Shown here piece by piece: positions 22,136-34,751 of a stretch of 63,019 bases of DNA. How positions within the stretch are numbered: the first letter of the stretch is position 1; each line of letters begins with the position of its first letter. The notes beneath the pieces were generated by a model. The model searched no databases and was not told the origin of the DNA. It saw nothing but the letters and a program-made list of their open reading frames with translations. The translations under genes were made by a program, and so were the position numbers. This DNA is from Dimorphilus gyrociliatus (Eukaryota; Animalia; Annelida), in the NCBI GenBank assembly GCA_904063045.1, contig CAJFCJ010000063.1, positions 1-63,019 of the forward strand, read 5' to 3'.

Positions 22136-22184
22136 TGACCTACCACGGTTTCGTCTTCTCCTTTGCAAAGACTCATCAGGGTCA
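22136..22184 (-). ncRNA. Minimal type I hammerhead ribozyme (Penelope/retrozyme-like)
   Basis: Minus strand: TGACC-CTGATGA-GTCTT(TGCAAAGGAG)AAGAC-GAAA-CC(GT)GG-TA-GGTCA. This gives the full conserved core, a 5-bp stem I, a 5-bp stem II and a very short stem III. Confidence 0.8.
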
Positions 22185-22840
22185 TTTCTGAGGACAGCTG
22201 TTACTGCTACTTGTTATCAATGTAAGAGTGGTTAAATTGTATATTGAAATTTTAGTATGCTCACCACTTGCAAAAATATGAATAGAAGGTTGATGTAAGA
22301 ACCAGAATACATAAACCATCACTGTTTTAACATTATTTTATCATCTAAAAAGATAATATGAATCCAAAAAAATGAGACTTCCACCTTTTTTTCTGTGTAA
22401 ATCACTGTATTCTTTTTTCAAAATACTTGACATACTTCTTTTCAAAAAGCAGTTTCTCAGAGTCATTAAACCCTTTGACAGTCATATATAATAAAACTCC
22501 TGTCTTTCCATACACAAAGTTTTGATTAATCATTTTAAATATATACAAGAAATGATTGTCTGATTTTACTAAATTCTTTTTTTGATTTCAATTTGAACTA
22601 AATCATTTAAGAACATTCATTAAATTTGTATTAAAGCCTATTGTTTGCTAAAAAAAGAACCACACAATTTTAAAAACAAGTCTTTGATCACTTAAACATA
22701 TAAATATATATTGTGTGTTTGAAGAGGAAAATTCCAAAAAGAAGAAATGGAGAGCAGACTAATTTTTTTTTTCATTGTTTCTTCTTATCTTTTTTGTTTG
22801 TTTGTATAAAACAATTACATTTTTGTAATTTCTCTTCAGC

Positions 22841-23709
22841 AGGAATATGATATTGCTGATAAAGCAACATTAGATAGACCTGAACAAATTTTTCCTTCAA
22901 GAACTCATGGCTCTGTTTATGCAACTAAAGTTGGCTCCACAAAATCAGTATTGATGGGAGTAACTTGCCAAACACCTGACTCTTTTGCGATAAGTCTTGA
23001 TGTTCCATTTTTTTCTCCAAATAGTGATCCCTGGACTTCTGCATCAGGTGATCCACACTTTAAACAAATTGTTCTAGATAATATAAGTCTAAAGACTGAG
23101 TCTGTATGCTATGATGTTACTGGCTCACCTGGAGATTATTTACATATTGCTGGCTTTAGTTCAAATGGAATTCAAGTTTATGGTCAGCTTAAGGATGATT
23201 ATTACATTCATAGGATTTATATAAAATCTGATTGTGGTAAAATATCTGCTTTAACTAACTTTATTATTATTGACAATGGACAACAAATAAACTGGAATAT
23301 GCAAGAGATCACCTTTAAATCTAAATGTTTTGAATATTTAATTACTGGAAATACTATATTGATAACATCCTTTCTACAACCTGGAAAAACAATTAAAATA
23401 CAGAAATCTATACATTCTCTATCAGAAATTCACTTGGATGCAAGATTTAAACTGTCACCTAAAGACTATAAAGAAATGAATGGACTTATTGGTAATATTG
23501 GGAAAAAGAAATATAAATTTCACTCTAAAGTTCAATCAGATGGTAACATGGGATCAAAGTTCATTTCAATTGACATTGATAACAAGTTAATGAAGGGAGA
23601 AAAAGTTGAAAGAAACAAAGAAGAATGTTGGCTGATTAATGTGGATAACGTTTTAAAACCTTTTAAAATATCAAAATATGTTTTTGTAAACACATCCATA
23701 ATTTTGTGA
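22841..23709 (+). CDS. Terminal exon encoding a VWD/inter-alpha-trypsin inhibitor heavy chain C-terminal-like domain
   Basis: SGDPHF motif followed by CYDVTG..VYGQL..GLIG; acceptor TTCTCTTCAG near 22840; upstream exons not resolved. Confidence 0.5.
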
Positions 23710-24089
23710 ATCTACTTTTCCCAATCTCTCAACCTTTGTCTCTAATGTTTAATATTCCTAACTAATACTTTAGACTGGTATACTTGTTTTAATTATCTTT
23801 TCAACCCATCTTTTGTCTAAAAATTTTCAACTACAAATAATCTTCTTTAATTGCATATTTTTTTTAAAAGAGAAATTATACAGGGCAGAGCATTTGAAAA
23901 ATAATAAAATTCTTCTGAGAACTTTAAAAGTTTGATATCAATAACAAGGTTTAATCAATAATGTATTATTTTATCATAAAAACAGCTTGCCATAAAATTT
24001 TCAGGGTTAGGTTAGGTTATGGTTTATGTTTGGTTGGGTGGGTTTGAGGCCACACACAAAACACTTCCAGGTTAGTTTCTGATTATTGT

Positions 24090-24190
24090 CAGGGTTAGGG
24101 TTATTAGAATGTTAAACTAGATACTGAGATCTAAGTTCTGATGAAAATTGAATAACTTCCACCGAAGTTTCAAGAGATTCCATAATGGTA
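24090..24190 (+). repeat. TTAGGG-containing repeat fragment
   Basis: GGGTTAGGGTTATT..AACTAGATACT..GATCTAAGTTCT..TTGAATAACTTCC..GAGATTCCAT..TGGTAT is shared with 21950-22055. Confidence 0.7.
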
Positions 24191-24683
24191 TGGATTAGGA
24201 CTTGGGGTTAGGGATTAGCACAATCAGAAGAGCCTGGCAATCCCAAAATTTCACACACACTTGTAACCAAGATTTGGCTAAGGGTTTGTGTAGCTATTGA
24301 GGAGTTGCTATCTTGAGCAGAAGTTCCCCAGCCTAAGCTGTTACTGTATCTCCAACAAAAACACAATCACAAATTCTCAACAAGGGCAAAGAGAACCTGT
24401 GCTGCAATAAATAACAATGTCACCAATTAAAATCACTCACAATATTTTGGGACTAATTGTCCCTTTATCAAGTGAGACTGAAAGGCCACAGTCTAATCGC
24501 CACCAGAGTGATTAGGGTTAGGGTTAGGGTTTGCAAAAGGTTTTTTTTGACTAAATCAAAAAAGAGAAACAGGATTCTCACACTTCAAGAGTCCCAATTG
24601 AATTTGGGAAGCAGTCAAAGAAAAAATACACCAAAATCGACATTTAAAACAATTTCCCAGAGAAAAATTGTTTCAAAAAATTT

Positions 24684-24880
24684 TGTACTTTGTTGTATTG
24701 TAATAGCAGGAATGTCTGCTTCTTTTGAACAGTATTTGTCCTTTCCAATCATTTATCAACTTACCAAAGTACTCACACCACATAGAGCCTTTCAAGTTCG
24801 TCCACAAATAGTCTTAACAAATGTAATTTAGGTAGAAATAATTCAACGAAACACCAGTATTTCGGCCAAAGAATATATAT
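24684..24880 (-). repeat. Diverged element-B-family LTR fragment (R/U5 end)
   Basis: Starts TGTACTTTGTTGTATTGTAAT like 44982 and aligns to 44982-45180 (CCTTTCCAATCATTTA, AAGTTCGTCCACAAATAGTC, ACACCAGTATTTCG). Confidence 0.85.
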
Positions 24881-25150
24881 TCTATCAGTAGTCAGTCTGT
24901 ATTGGTGTATTGTCATTCCTAGTTGTTTTTTGGCATAACAAGGAAAGAGAAAGAGAAAGATTCAAATTAATCTGTAACTGAAAATATATTCTAAGACATG
25001 TTAATTTTTTGAAATATATTTAATCAATCAGATAAATTACATTCAAAATGAATACATTTCTTGTTAATTCTTGAGATATAAATTTTTCAGGAATCAATCT
25101 ACATTGTATTATCTAAATGAATTCTATAAAATACTACTATGAATTAAGGA

Positions 25151-25376
25151 AAAATTTGGGACTGGTCGAAAACAGCCATAAATGAAATATTTGAAAGTTA
25201 GATTTCAGCCTGGGAAATGGTTAGGAGGAATAAGATAACTGTTGATATGTTCTTAGGAGGGTCCCATCTAAGGGTTAGCGGTATTCAAAAAGGGTTAGGC
25301 AAAAACAAGGGCTGGGTTAGGGTTAGGGTAAATACCATAGATTTATGGTCGTTTTCTACCACATCCCAAAAATTTT
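25151..25376. mobile_element. MITE-like element with ~35-bp imperfect TIRs and internal TTAGGG repeats
   Basis: Left AAAATTTGGGACTGGTCGAAAACAGCCATAAAT versus the reverse complement of the right end AAAATTTTTGGGATGTGGTAGAAAACGACCATAAAT; no coding capacity. Confidence 0.65.
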
Positions 25377-25999
25377 CATAAAAGTAAATATATTCATAAT
25401 TTAGAGCTTAACATAATAAACTATTGAAATTGAACATTTGAACTTAAACATACACTTAAATTTGTTAATTTTTTAAACCAATAGATATATTATAATGTAG
25501 ATTTATAAATCAGTTTTTGAAATATGCAACTGTATTATATTCATTATGTTTAAGCAGTTTAAAATTTTTAAAAATGACATTTATATTTTGCCTTTTTAAC
25601 TCGAATCAACTTAAGGATCATTTTGTGATTATTTGGATTAATATGTGTCATCTGACTCAATCCAATTATCATAGAGTACACATTGTAATGCTTGTAAACA
25701 CGCATTAACTATAGTCTTAACAACTGCAAAAACACAAAACCATTAACAAAATAATCCTACTCTTCTTCTCCTCAAGTAATGTTTTTACATGTAGCATTTT
25801 TTATCTTCAACCCTATTTCCTGACACTTACAATGCTTATGTTAATTTTAGCAGTTTTAACAGGCTGACAACAGGAAATTGATTGGGAAATTGGACAAGTA
25901 ATTTATCTAAAACAGCCTAAATTATATTGAATTGTTATAAACTGTTTGACAACGGATAATATAAAAGAAAATAGTGTATTTTCTATTCATCATTACAAA

Positions 26000-27441
26000 A
26001 TGAAAGTCATCTTTTTTCTAACATTTTCTCTATCATTGCTTGTTTTAAAGGTAAATTCAAATAGTACAAAATTAGCAATATTTTCACCTGTAAATAATGA
26101 AACATGTTCTAAATTGGCCTATAAAATTTTAAATTTTATTTTCAATGAATTACCTTTTGCTATGGACAAACAAACTTATGAAATGACAATTGCGTCTATT
26201 TCATTTATTATTGATTTTGACTTGTTAAAAGACCATGAGGAATTATCTGAAGCTGTTTGTACAATTCTTAACGCCAAGACGTTGTTTGAGATGTGTCAGG
26301 GAATTAGAAAATATTTCATTGGTAGTAAATCCGTCATTGAATTGTCTTTCATGTTTGAGAGGCAACATGCCGCTTTCGAACAATATCTAGCCACTAACTA
26401 TTATTTAAAACATGTTAGAGAGCTGAAAGATTTCTTCAAATATTTTAGTGAATATTTCGTTGGAAAAAACCCTTTTAATATGGCGGGAAGTGATGAGGAA
26501 ATTGATAAACTTGTAAGTGGAATGTCTCCAATAGAAGATGACGAGGATGTCGTTAACGTAGCTAGTGGAGGGAAGCCTTTGAGGGAAGAAGATGAGAAAA
26601 TTGCTAGACTAGTCAATGCAATGTCTTCAAAACATGGCTCTGATTGGTTGTATAATCTACACGAATCTCATATATTTTCTTATCTTTTTCAAACAAACAA
26701 TCAATTGGAAGATAATGAACGAATTAGATATATTGCTAGAGCAATAATAGGTAATGTGTAGTAACTTATTTATTCATTTATTTATTCTTCGTTCGTTTGT
26801 TCTTTCTAGAAAAATGTCCTAAAAATTTGTCAATATCTCGTCAAAGTCTGGAAAACTTCATTATTGCAGCATATAGTGTGCTAGAAAATCGAGCAGATAT
26901 AAACAAAGTAGTGGAAGCTTACGAACATGGCTTCGAAATAGCTGAGTACTTCAGTAAAGCTGACATCTTTAACAGACCAAAATGTAATAATGTTGGAACT
27001 GTCGAAAAAATAATTACATTCCTAACTGAGCATAAAAATGAGGTATTGAAACTACTACCGGAAATAAAAGAATTGCGAGTAGAATTAGAAAGGCCTACTA
27101 GTGGTTTAAAATTGGTTGTTTGCAATATAATCAATTCCAAAGACTTAACAGAATTCAACAATAGAATAGCAATGTATACTTTTACGCCTAAATTGACTAT
27201 TGAAAAATATGAAAGCCTAGTAGCGTCTCTTCTTCTCCTTCCTTCAGAGTTCTATTACAAATCAATAGAGATTGGCAAAGATTTCTTATTGAAAAATGGT
27301 CTCTTTAACAATTCACCTTCAAATCTGATCAAGATTGGTCAACAGCTGACGGATATTTATAACGATTTGGAAAATATAGGCCTAGTCAACCTGATAAAGC
27401 AACTTCAGAAAACGTGTAATAGCACAAAATATAAAATATAA
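26000..27441 (+). CDS. Secreted protein of unknown function, two exons
   Basis: Signal peptide MKVIFFLTFSLSLLVLKVNS; in-frame 59-bp GT-AG intron 26751-26809 joins ORFs 25946 and 26797. Confidence 0.65.
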
Positions 27442-27689
27442 AAACCTATTGCATTGAGGCTAATGTAGTTTTGTTTATTTAAAACCAAATTCGAATAGTT
27501 TTATTTTGCTTTTTAAATATTAATTTTTTTACCAGAAACTTGAGCTCTAGATGCTTTGTTGTACATTCATTGTATTTCTGTTGGGTATATTCAATTGGAT
27601 GACCACCTGTCTTTGTATGATGTATTAGCATAGTTTCTCCTATTTAAAAGAGAGAACCAATTAAGGTCATCATTAATTAAGGGTTTTAG

Positions 27690-27850
27690 CAATGATAAAT
27701 TCACAATATTCACTACTGGAAGTCAAAAAGGCAAAGAATTACTTTTATCTAATGGTCACTCCATAATTTGGAGATGTGGAATTAAAAGTAAGAAAAATGA
27801 AATGTCCTGCAAGTGTCATTCAAAGAAATGACGATTTCTCTTTGAGGTCT
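27690..27850 (+). mobile_element. FLYWCH zinc-finger fragment of a MULE transposase
   Basis: TGSQKGKELLLSNGHS..IIWRCGIKSKK..KCPASVIQRNDDF (frameshifted), similar to the FLYWCH at 30830-31010. Confidence 0.55.
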
Positions 27851-28469
27851 AAACATCATACGTTCACCTTTCAACATATATGCAATGTTGGAGTCAGTAA
27901 TAAGAAATGGTGTGATCCTAATTTTCAATTCTGTTAGCTCTATCATAATAATCATTTCCATCTATGTCATAGTCTTCTTCTTCTTCTTCTTCTTTTTCTC
28001 CCATTTAATTGTTTCTTCCTGTTGCCTGCACTCCTTCCATTTTCAAATGATCGTTATCATTGAAGAGAAGACAAAACTCTTTCAAATTTGTTAAATACTC
28101 CAACTGTTCTGTCTCTCTGAATCTTTAAATATAAATACGATATTGACAGAGTTAGAAAGTTGAGAAAGGCCTAACATCTTAGCCTGAAAAAGTTAACTAA
28201 TACAGTACGGGAAAATATTGAGTTTTAATTTTAAATAGGCCTATTGACCATTCGGTCATATTTTAAAGATTTTGGCAGAGTGGTTACACCTACATATATG
28301 ATAATAAGTAAATATTATAAAGGATAAAAAGTTTTAAACATGTGAATTTTTTGACGGCGAAAATTTGCTTATGGTCCAGTTTATTTCATAATCTATTAAG
28401 TAATTTTAACACAGTTCCTATGACGTCAAAATTGTTCAAATTGGTATTTTTATTGTTTATTATGTTTCA

Positions 28470-28760
28470 GCATTTTTTCTTGCTGCTAAGATGTCCTCTT
28501 GTTGATGGTTGTCTCCTCTTTGAGATTCAAGACACTCTACAGCTGATTCTTGTTCCAATGAATTATAGTGCTTCTTGAAGAGTAAGTAACAAAATTGGAA
28601 TATATCTTATCATTAGTTGTTTATTGTCATCATTAACTGCTAGATGATTGATTGCTACAAGACTGTCTCTGAGTGGATACTTGTTAATATTAAGATGAAC
28701 TTTAGACTTTAAACAACAATCCAAACTATTGTCAACAAATGTACTTTTTTCACAATTTGA
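28470..28760 (-). pseudogene. ARM-repeat-like coding relic
   Basis: RDSLVAINHLAVNDDNKQLMIRYIPILLLTLQ..EQESAVECL across a frameshift; the LAVNDxNK..EQxxAxxxL pattern is recalled from invertebrate ARM-TIR proteins. Confidence 0.35.
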
Positions 28761-29430
28761 GAAAAACTATGTTTGGCAGTTAATGACAGCTAAACAAAGA
28801 GAAAGTTAGACATTTGTTGAGATTATGATAAAAGATCACCATAAAAAATGTCCCAGCCATCTCAGAAAGGAGTATAACATAAAAATAATTAGATATAAAA
28901 TATTATATTAAAATTATAAAATGAAAGAAATACTGCTATCCAACGAATAATGAATATTAATGTCACACCAAATAGCATAGATGCTGATTTAAATTGAATT
29001 TTGGCATCAGAGATTTTCTTTAGAGATTGATTGCACAGTATTCGATTGGCAGCAATGGTGGAAAGGATACGTCCTGGTTGGGTTTTAGATATGAAAGTAA
29101 TAGTTTTGTTAGTGCTGCTCAGAGTATAAGACAGAGTTCTTCAGGTTTTTTACCTCTAAATACCATATTTATAAATAGAGGTTTCGCTTTTTCAGAAGAT
29201 AAAAAGATTTTTAGACCTACAGAAGCTAGTCTATATTATATTAATTTTGGAAGTGGATTTCAGGAAGGTAACACTGAGCACAATATCATAATATAAAGTT
29301 AAAGAAAGGAGATATTTGCAAAATAAAGTATATAGGTTGTCTAGTACATAGCATTATGTCAAGTTCATTCACTATATTTGCTTTTCCACAATTGATGTGA
29401 TTGTAAATTGATAAATCTATTATTTCTTAT

Positions 29431-29485
29431 TGTACTTTCCTGCTGGGGTTGTAGGTAAGTAACTGGTCCAAATAGAACCGAACCA
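29431..29485 (-). repeat. Short LTR-end relic related to elements A/B
   Basis: TGTAC terminus plus a 17-nt exact match CTGGTCCAAATAGAACC to the element B LTR. Confidence 0.45.
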
Positions 29486-29989
29486 GGAGTTAGCCACTTA
29501 GAAGAGAGATGTAGAATTGAGGGAGGATGAATATAGACCAAAAAGTAAGAATAATATTACTGCACCATGTCATTATTTCTGAATGTTACAGATGTGTCTT
29601 TTCAATGTTTTTTTGTTCATTTACCAATTCGATTGTGGCTCCATCTGTTATAATAATATATTATACAGCCTTGGACAAAAATATCAAGATATTTATTCAA
29701 TTTTCTCTAATTTCTACAAAGAACTTGAGGTAGACTTGAATATCCAAAGATCTTCACTCCAGTATATCTGTGAGAACAAAAGAGAAGGAAAACCTGATAG
29801 GAGAGAAGACAATCCAAAGTGAAATAAAGAGAGTTTATATAAAAACCTATTGGGTGTAGATTGATCATGTTCCATCCAGTAGTTGATCTGTATTTATCTC
29901 TCTATTTTCCAATCAAATATTCTTTATTAAAAAGGATAACAAAAAAAGTATTAAAGAAAAGTCTGTTTTCTCCCAGACCCATGATTGAA

Positions 29990-30205
29990 TACCTTGGGAA
30001 AACCTTAAAGTATTTAAACACTCACTGTTCTGGCCCAAGTGGTGGCATCTCAATTTAATTATTGAAAAAAGATCACGTGGAAACAACCACAGATAAAGTA
30101 ACCCTTCTACACTCTTCTGTTGAATTCTAATTTGGTTATTAGGCAACCTTCTATTATGAATTATCTACTGTGGTTTGATACCATTTCTTGCTTAAGTATT
30201 TTATT
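29990..30205 (+). repeat. Diverged element-A-family LTR fragment
   Basis: AAACCTTAAAGTATTTAAA, TGGAAACAACC, TTTGGT.ATT.GGCAACCT.CTATTA, CTTGCTTAAGTATT are colinear with 1981-2192. Confidence 0.7.
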
Positions 30206-30436
30206 TAAAAAAAAGCCATATAGATTAAACACTTTGTTCAAAGTAAAGGTAGTACTTTCAAGAACATAAATTATTCAAAGAAAACTGGTATAAATTGAAT
30301 ATAGTTGTTATTTATTACTCTAAGATTGATATTTAGTATTAAAATAAATATCATTAAAAAGATTATTAAGAAGACTACAACATGGCCTGTACAATTTGTA
30401 ACAAAGAAGTTGTCATGTAATGCCATGATGATAGGA

Positions 30437-31915
30437 GGTGCAGTGACATTTCGGCCCAGGACATTTTGGGTAACAACTTTAAAAGTTGCATCAATGAACC
30501 AAATTTTACAACATTCCAGTAATTCTATTTGATGATTGTGCCAAATATAATACAACGATTTTTCTTTTCTTTTATCTCTCTCAATAAGAAATCAATTTCA
30601 TCCAGATTTATTTCAAAATCTAAATGTCTTGGATGCTTTGGTCTTTTACTCTCTTTATATCTAGAAGCTTTTCTTCTTAATGATTCTAGTTCTGGCAAGT
30701 CTTCAATACTATCTTTAAATTTAAGGATAATATCTTCTGCTATTCTTTTACCAGTTTTTCCATTGACACCAGTTGCCATTTCTTTTAAGTCCATTCTTGA
30801 TTGAAGAACACTTTCTATGTTTTTATGCAATTTATGAAGATGGTTTTCATTTTTTACAATGAACTTTGATCCCTTTTGTAATATGTATGCAGGACAAGGA
30901 GCTTTGGCATATCTCTGAGTACATCTCCAGGTGATTGAACTTTCAGTTTTTCTTTTTACATAATATGAACAGTTTTTGTGTAGAAGTAAGTCTTTATATT
31001 TTGTACTTCCACCTACAACTATTTTGAAATCATCTCTTTCTGTTTCCATGATGTTATACTGCTTATCCATCTCAAATGAAGTTTCATCACTTATATCAAC
31101 TCTCTTTGCCATGTCTTGTCCATCTTCAGGAAAGTTCAACTCTTTTTCATTGTTTGGTGATTCAGGTGAATTGAAGTTAAAGGAAAGTCTTAACTGTTAA
31201 AATTTATGGTGAAATAATAATATCTTTGAACAAATGAAATTACCTGATTTGTATTCGTTTCATTTGTATTATTCATTGATGATTCTAAATTAACAACAGT
31301 TTCATCATATTCTGGATGAATTTTACTCTGATGATAATTATCTATTTTCTTTAATTTAATAAATAATTTTTGTTTGATGACATCATGACAATCAGGACAA
31401 TAATCTGCATCTTAATATATAGGTGATATAGCATTATACCTGAGAAAGTTAGAGAGTTTACTTACATTTTGAACACTTTGCATGATAAAAATGTCTGCAC
31501 AACTTGCATCTGAATTTTCTTTGTGTCCAATGAAATCTTAATCCACACTTCCAACAGTTTTTCAAATTCATGTTGTAATTTCTATTGAAGCTTCTATGAT
31601 AAATGAAGAAAAGAAATATGCTTTCTACTTTTTCTCAAAACAGGAAAAGCAAATTGTAAAACAATGTAAAATATACTTCAGAAATAAGGAAAACTGGTAT
31701 CCATTATTCTGAAAATATTTTGAATTTTATAATAATTATTTTACATATCTGGAATTACTATATTATATTACTTATTATATTTTTTATTAATTTTAAAATT
31801 GATTTGCTTTTTCTTATTAATTGTATTTAATTCATAATTAACTCAAAAAGTTATAAAATGGGCCAAAATGTCCTGGGCCGAAATGTCCAAATGTGGGCCA
31901 AAATGTCACTGCACC
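30437..31915 (-). mobile_element. Internally deleted MULE (PHD-like exon, FLYWCH, start of the MULE DDE domain)
   Basis: TIRs GGTGCAGTGACATTT(C/T)GGCCCA with GGACATTT sub-repeats; ORF 30525..31139 has TWRCTQRYAKAPCPA..HLH; the frameshifted continuation IWFIDATFKVV stops at the left TIR; no clear TSD. Confidence 0.8.
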
Positions 31916-32289
31916 ATAAGTTGCATAAAAAATAGAGTTCAAGCATGTAAAATATAATGAAAGTTGTACACTAGTATTTGGAGGGTTACCTTCCAATTGC
32001 CATGGGGATGTCATGGAAAACATTTGCAAAATTTTGCTTTTACCCTAATCCTAATCTAGACCTAGGGTTTGTCTAACCATTTTCAATAGCCATAACTCTC
32101 AGATAGTATTCTCTTAACTAAATCAAAGCAATTGCTTAATTACTTTTCCTAACCTAATCCCAATGCAAAATCTCACCCCAAAAATACACCAAACTGGCGT
32201 TTTTAACAGCCCCTGTAAAACTATATCTAGATATTTACTAATTTATCAAATTCAAGTAAGAGGGACAAAATGGAATTACTCCTGAAAGA

Positions 32290-32600
32290 TCTTTTGCATT
32301 CATGAAAGGCCTAGTTACTTGTAAAAATTAGTGTCACCAATTTTTGTGAATGTAGGATAAGTTTGTAATGTTATATCTTCTGGTTCAGCTGTTGGAGCAG
32401 AAGGTAATTCCTTTTTATCAATTGTTTAGATAACTTGGTGAATTGAACTTTTGTCCAGTTTTTTCTTCCAAAAAAAATAAATAAAATTTCCATTTCCAAT
32501 CACAAATGTTATTAGCAAAAGTAAAGATTTCTTGTCAATGATAATTATGATTGTGTTATTGACAAAGCAGCATCATCGCTTAAATCGTTTGCAAAGTAAA
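32290..32600 (-). pseudogene. env: Decayed 3' end of an element-B-like env
   Basis: Colinear with 45945-46270; encodes LPSAPTAEPE versus LPSAPTAESE in element B. Confidence 0.75.
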
Positions 32601-32710
32601 TGAGCTCCAAAAAAATCCTTTGAAAAGGACCTGAGCTGGAAGAAGCCCTAAAGACTAATTTAATTTTTGAATCCATCATTTAGCTAAGCAGATCAGTAAA
32701 TCACAAATAA

Positions 32711-33002
32711 TTTATGGGATTGTAATATAAATGAAGAACAATGTAGAATGATTGGAAATCTGTTACAAAGTTGTTCAAAAATAGAAGAAATATCTTTGTC
32801 AAAAAATATAAATATGGGAAATGGAATAATTAACATCTGTGATGGACTTGAAAAATTTTCAAATACTTTGATGAAGCTTTACTTATGGGATTGTAATATA
32901 AATGAAGAACAAATGAAAAAGATTATATATCTGCTGGAAAATTGCTCACAGACATACAATACCCTAGTTTTTAAGACACAAAGAAAAACTTTACAATGTT
33001 AA
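32711..33002 (+). pseudogene. Ribonuclease-inhibitor-type LRR fragment (NLR-like)
   Basis: LWDCNINEEQ repeated with a 171-nt (57-aa) period; IEEISLSKNINMGNGIINICDGL. Confidence 0.6.
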
Positions 33003-33859
33003 CATTTCAGTAAACAAGAAAAATACCTTTTTTTTGAAAAATGTAAACCCTTTGGTATGGTTTTATGGTTTTATGATCACTTTCTATATGATTTATATAT
33101 TGATTTGCAACTGTGAAAGCATTGAGTAAGTTATTACTATAAGTATTATTTTCATGTCTTTTTTCAACAGTTGACCAAGAAATCTCTAATTGGATACACC
33201 ACACTGTTTTGTATTCAAATTACACGATTAATTGAAGGCAGAAAACTTTCAACATTTCAAAAAATTTGTTTTCATTCGTATTATTTGGATATTTGCCAAA
33301 AAAGATTTTTTCAATTTTTACACATTTTTCTAATATGTTTCCAAAATTAGTTTTGTAAAATTTTTTATTCAAAAAGGTGATTCTAATCTGTTCCTATTCC
33401 CTTTTCTAAATAGATATTCCTAGTGGAATCCATTATATATTGTCTATTGACTTTACCCTAACCCTTAGTGTGGACCCACCTAATTACAAATCAATTGCTT
33501 AAATGTTTTTCCAAACCCATTCCCAACCCAAAATCTCTCCCCAAAATCTTGAAATAGTATTATAAATATTTGTTTCGAAGTTTTCTGCTGCTTTTCAAAT
33601 AATAAATTAAACATTTCAAATCTGCATTCTGATTCAAGATTGTGAAAGATCCATTCTATCAACTAATATCTATTCATAGCTATGTGAAAAAGAATGGTGC
33701 AATGAAACATGTTCCCCTGGCTTTCATTTTTATATCATCAAAGCAAAAAAAATATTATAAAAAGGCATTTAAGGTATACATTTTCATAGTTCATTAACAA
33801 TTTTTCTGATACTCAATTCACACTTCAGAGCATCAGAAACTTGACCCCAATATCACAGC

Positions 33860-34255
33860 TTGAAGAGTCAGCTAGAAGAAAAGAGAATATTTTCAGACTT
33901 GCTGGAATATTATGAAAATACTTGGATTTTGAATTCTACTTGGAAACCATTGAATTGGTCAATATTTGGATTATCAATAAGGACTAATAATTGTATGGAA
34001 GGATGGCACAATAGAATGAATAATAAAGTACAATCAAAAGGATCATTCTATTTGTTGATTGATGAATTGAAAAGAGAGGCTAATTTGGTTTGTATTTATC
34101 AAAAACTTCTCTCTGAGAAGAAGATTATCAAATATCAGAGAAAAAAATATGGTGATATAGAGAAGAAAATATTTGAAATCTGGGATGATTATAGGCTTGG
34201 AAGGATATTAGCTGATGAATTATTAATCCAGACTTCTTATATTTATACACCATAG
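33860..34255 (+). mobile_element. MULE transposase C-terminal fragment
   Basis: LEYYENTWI..WSIFG..RTNNCMEGWHNRMN..FYLLIDELKREA, homologous to 49406..49891. Confidence 0.8.
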
Positions 34256-34751
34256 TTGCTATTATCTACTCTTTTCTTTAGTTAACTTATAGTATAATAC
34301 CTCTTCAATACATACATTATCATATTTTTTTCATTTCTATATGAATCAACAATAACAGTTTTACTTGGTCACAGCAAGAGATTCACCAACAATGGGTACG
34401 ATTTCACCCGGGTACAGCTTCATCTGTCACCTTATTAGTCTACTATGCAATGCAGAAGTAAGATTGATAAATCACCAATACCATGTTCAGTTATTTGTGT
34501 AGTTGCTTATGAATATCTAAATACTTAAATAAAAAATGGCTGATTATATTTTAAAAGAGATTTTTTTGAATTTTTAAAAATAATGTTTTTTAAATATAGA
34601 AAATTTTGAAGAATAAAAATAAAAGGTTAATTGAGTAGTGTATTGAATAAATTAGAAGTTTTTTATTATGTATGTTCATACAACAAAAGAGAGAGAGAGA
34701 GAGATTAATTCCAATCCAAATGATGAAAAGGAAGATAAAGATAAAGGGATA

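Noticed and set aside
24500-25330. TTAGGG tracts as a telomere or chromosome-fusion site
   Set aside because: Only 2-3 units at a time, embedded in a dispersed repeat family.
29027-29296. Possible C1q-like exon (FSEDKKIFRPTEASLYYINF)
   Set aside because: The resemblance is limited to one short motif, with no supporting exons identified.
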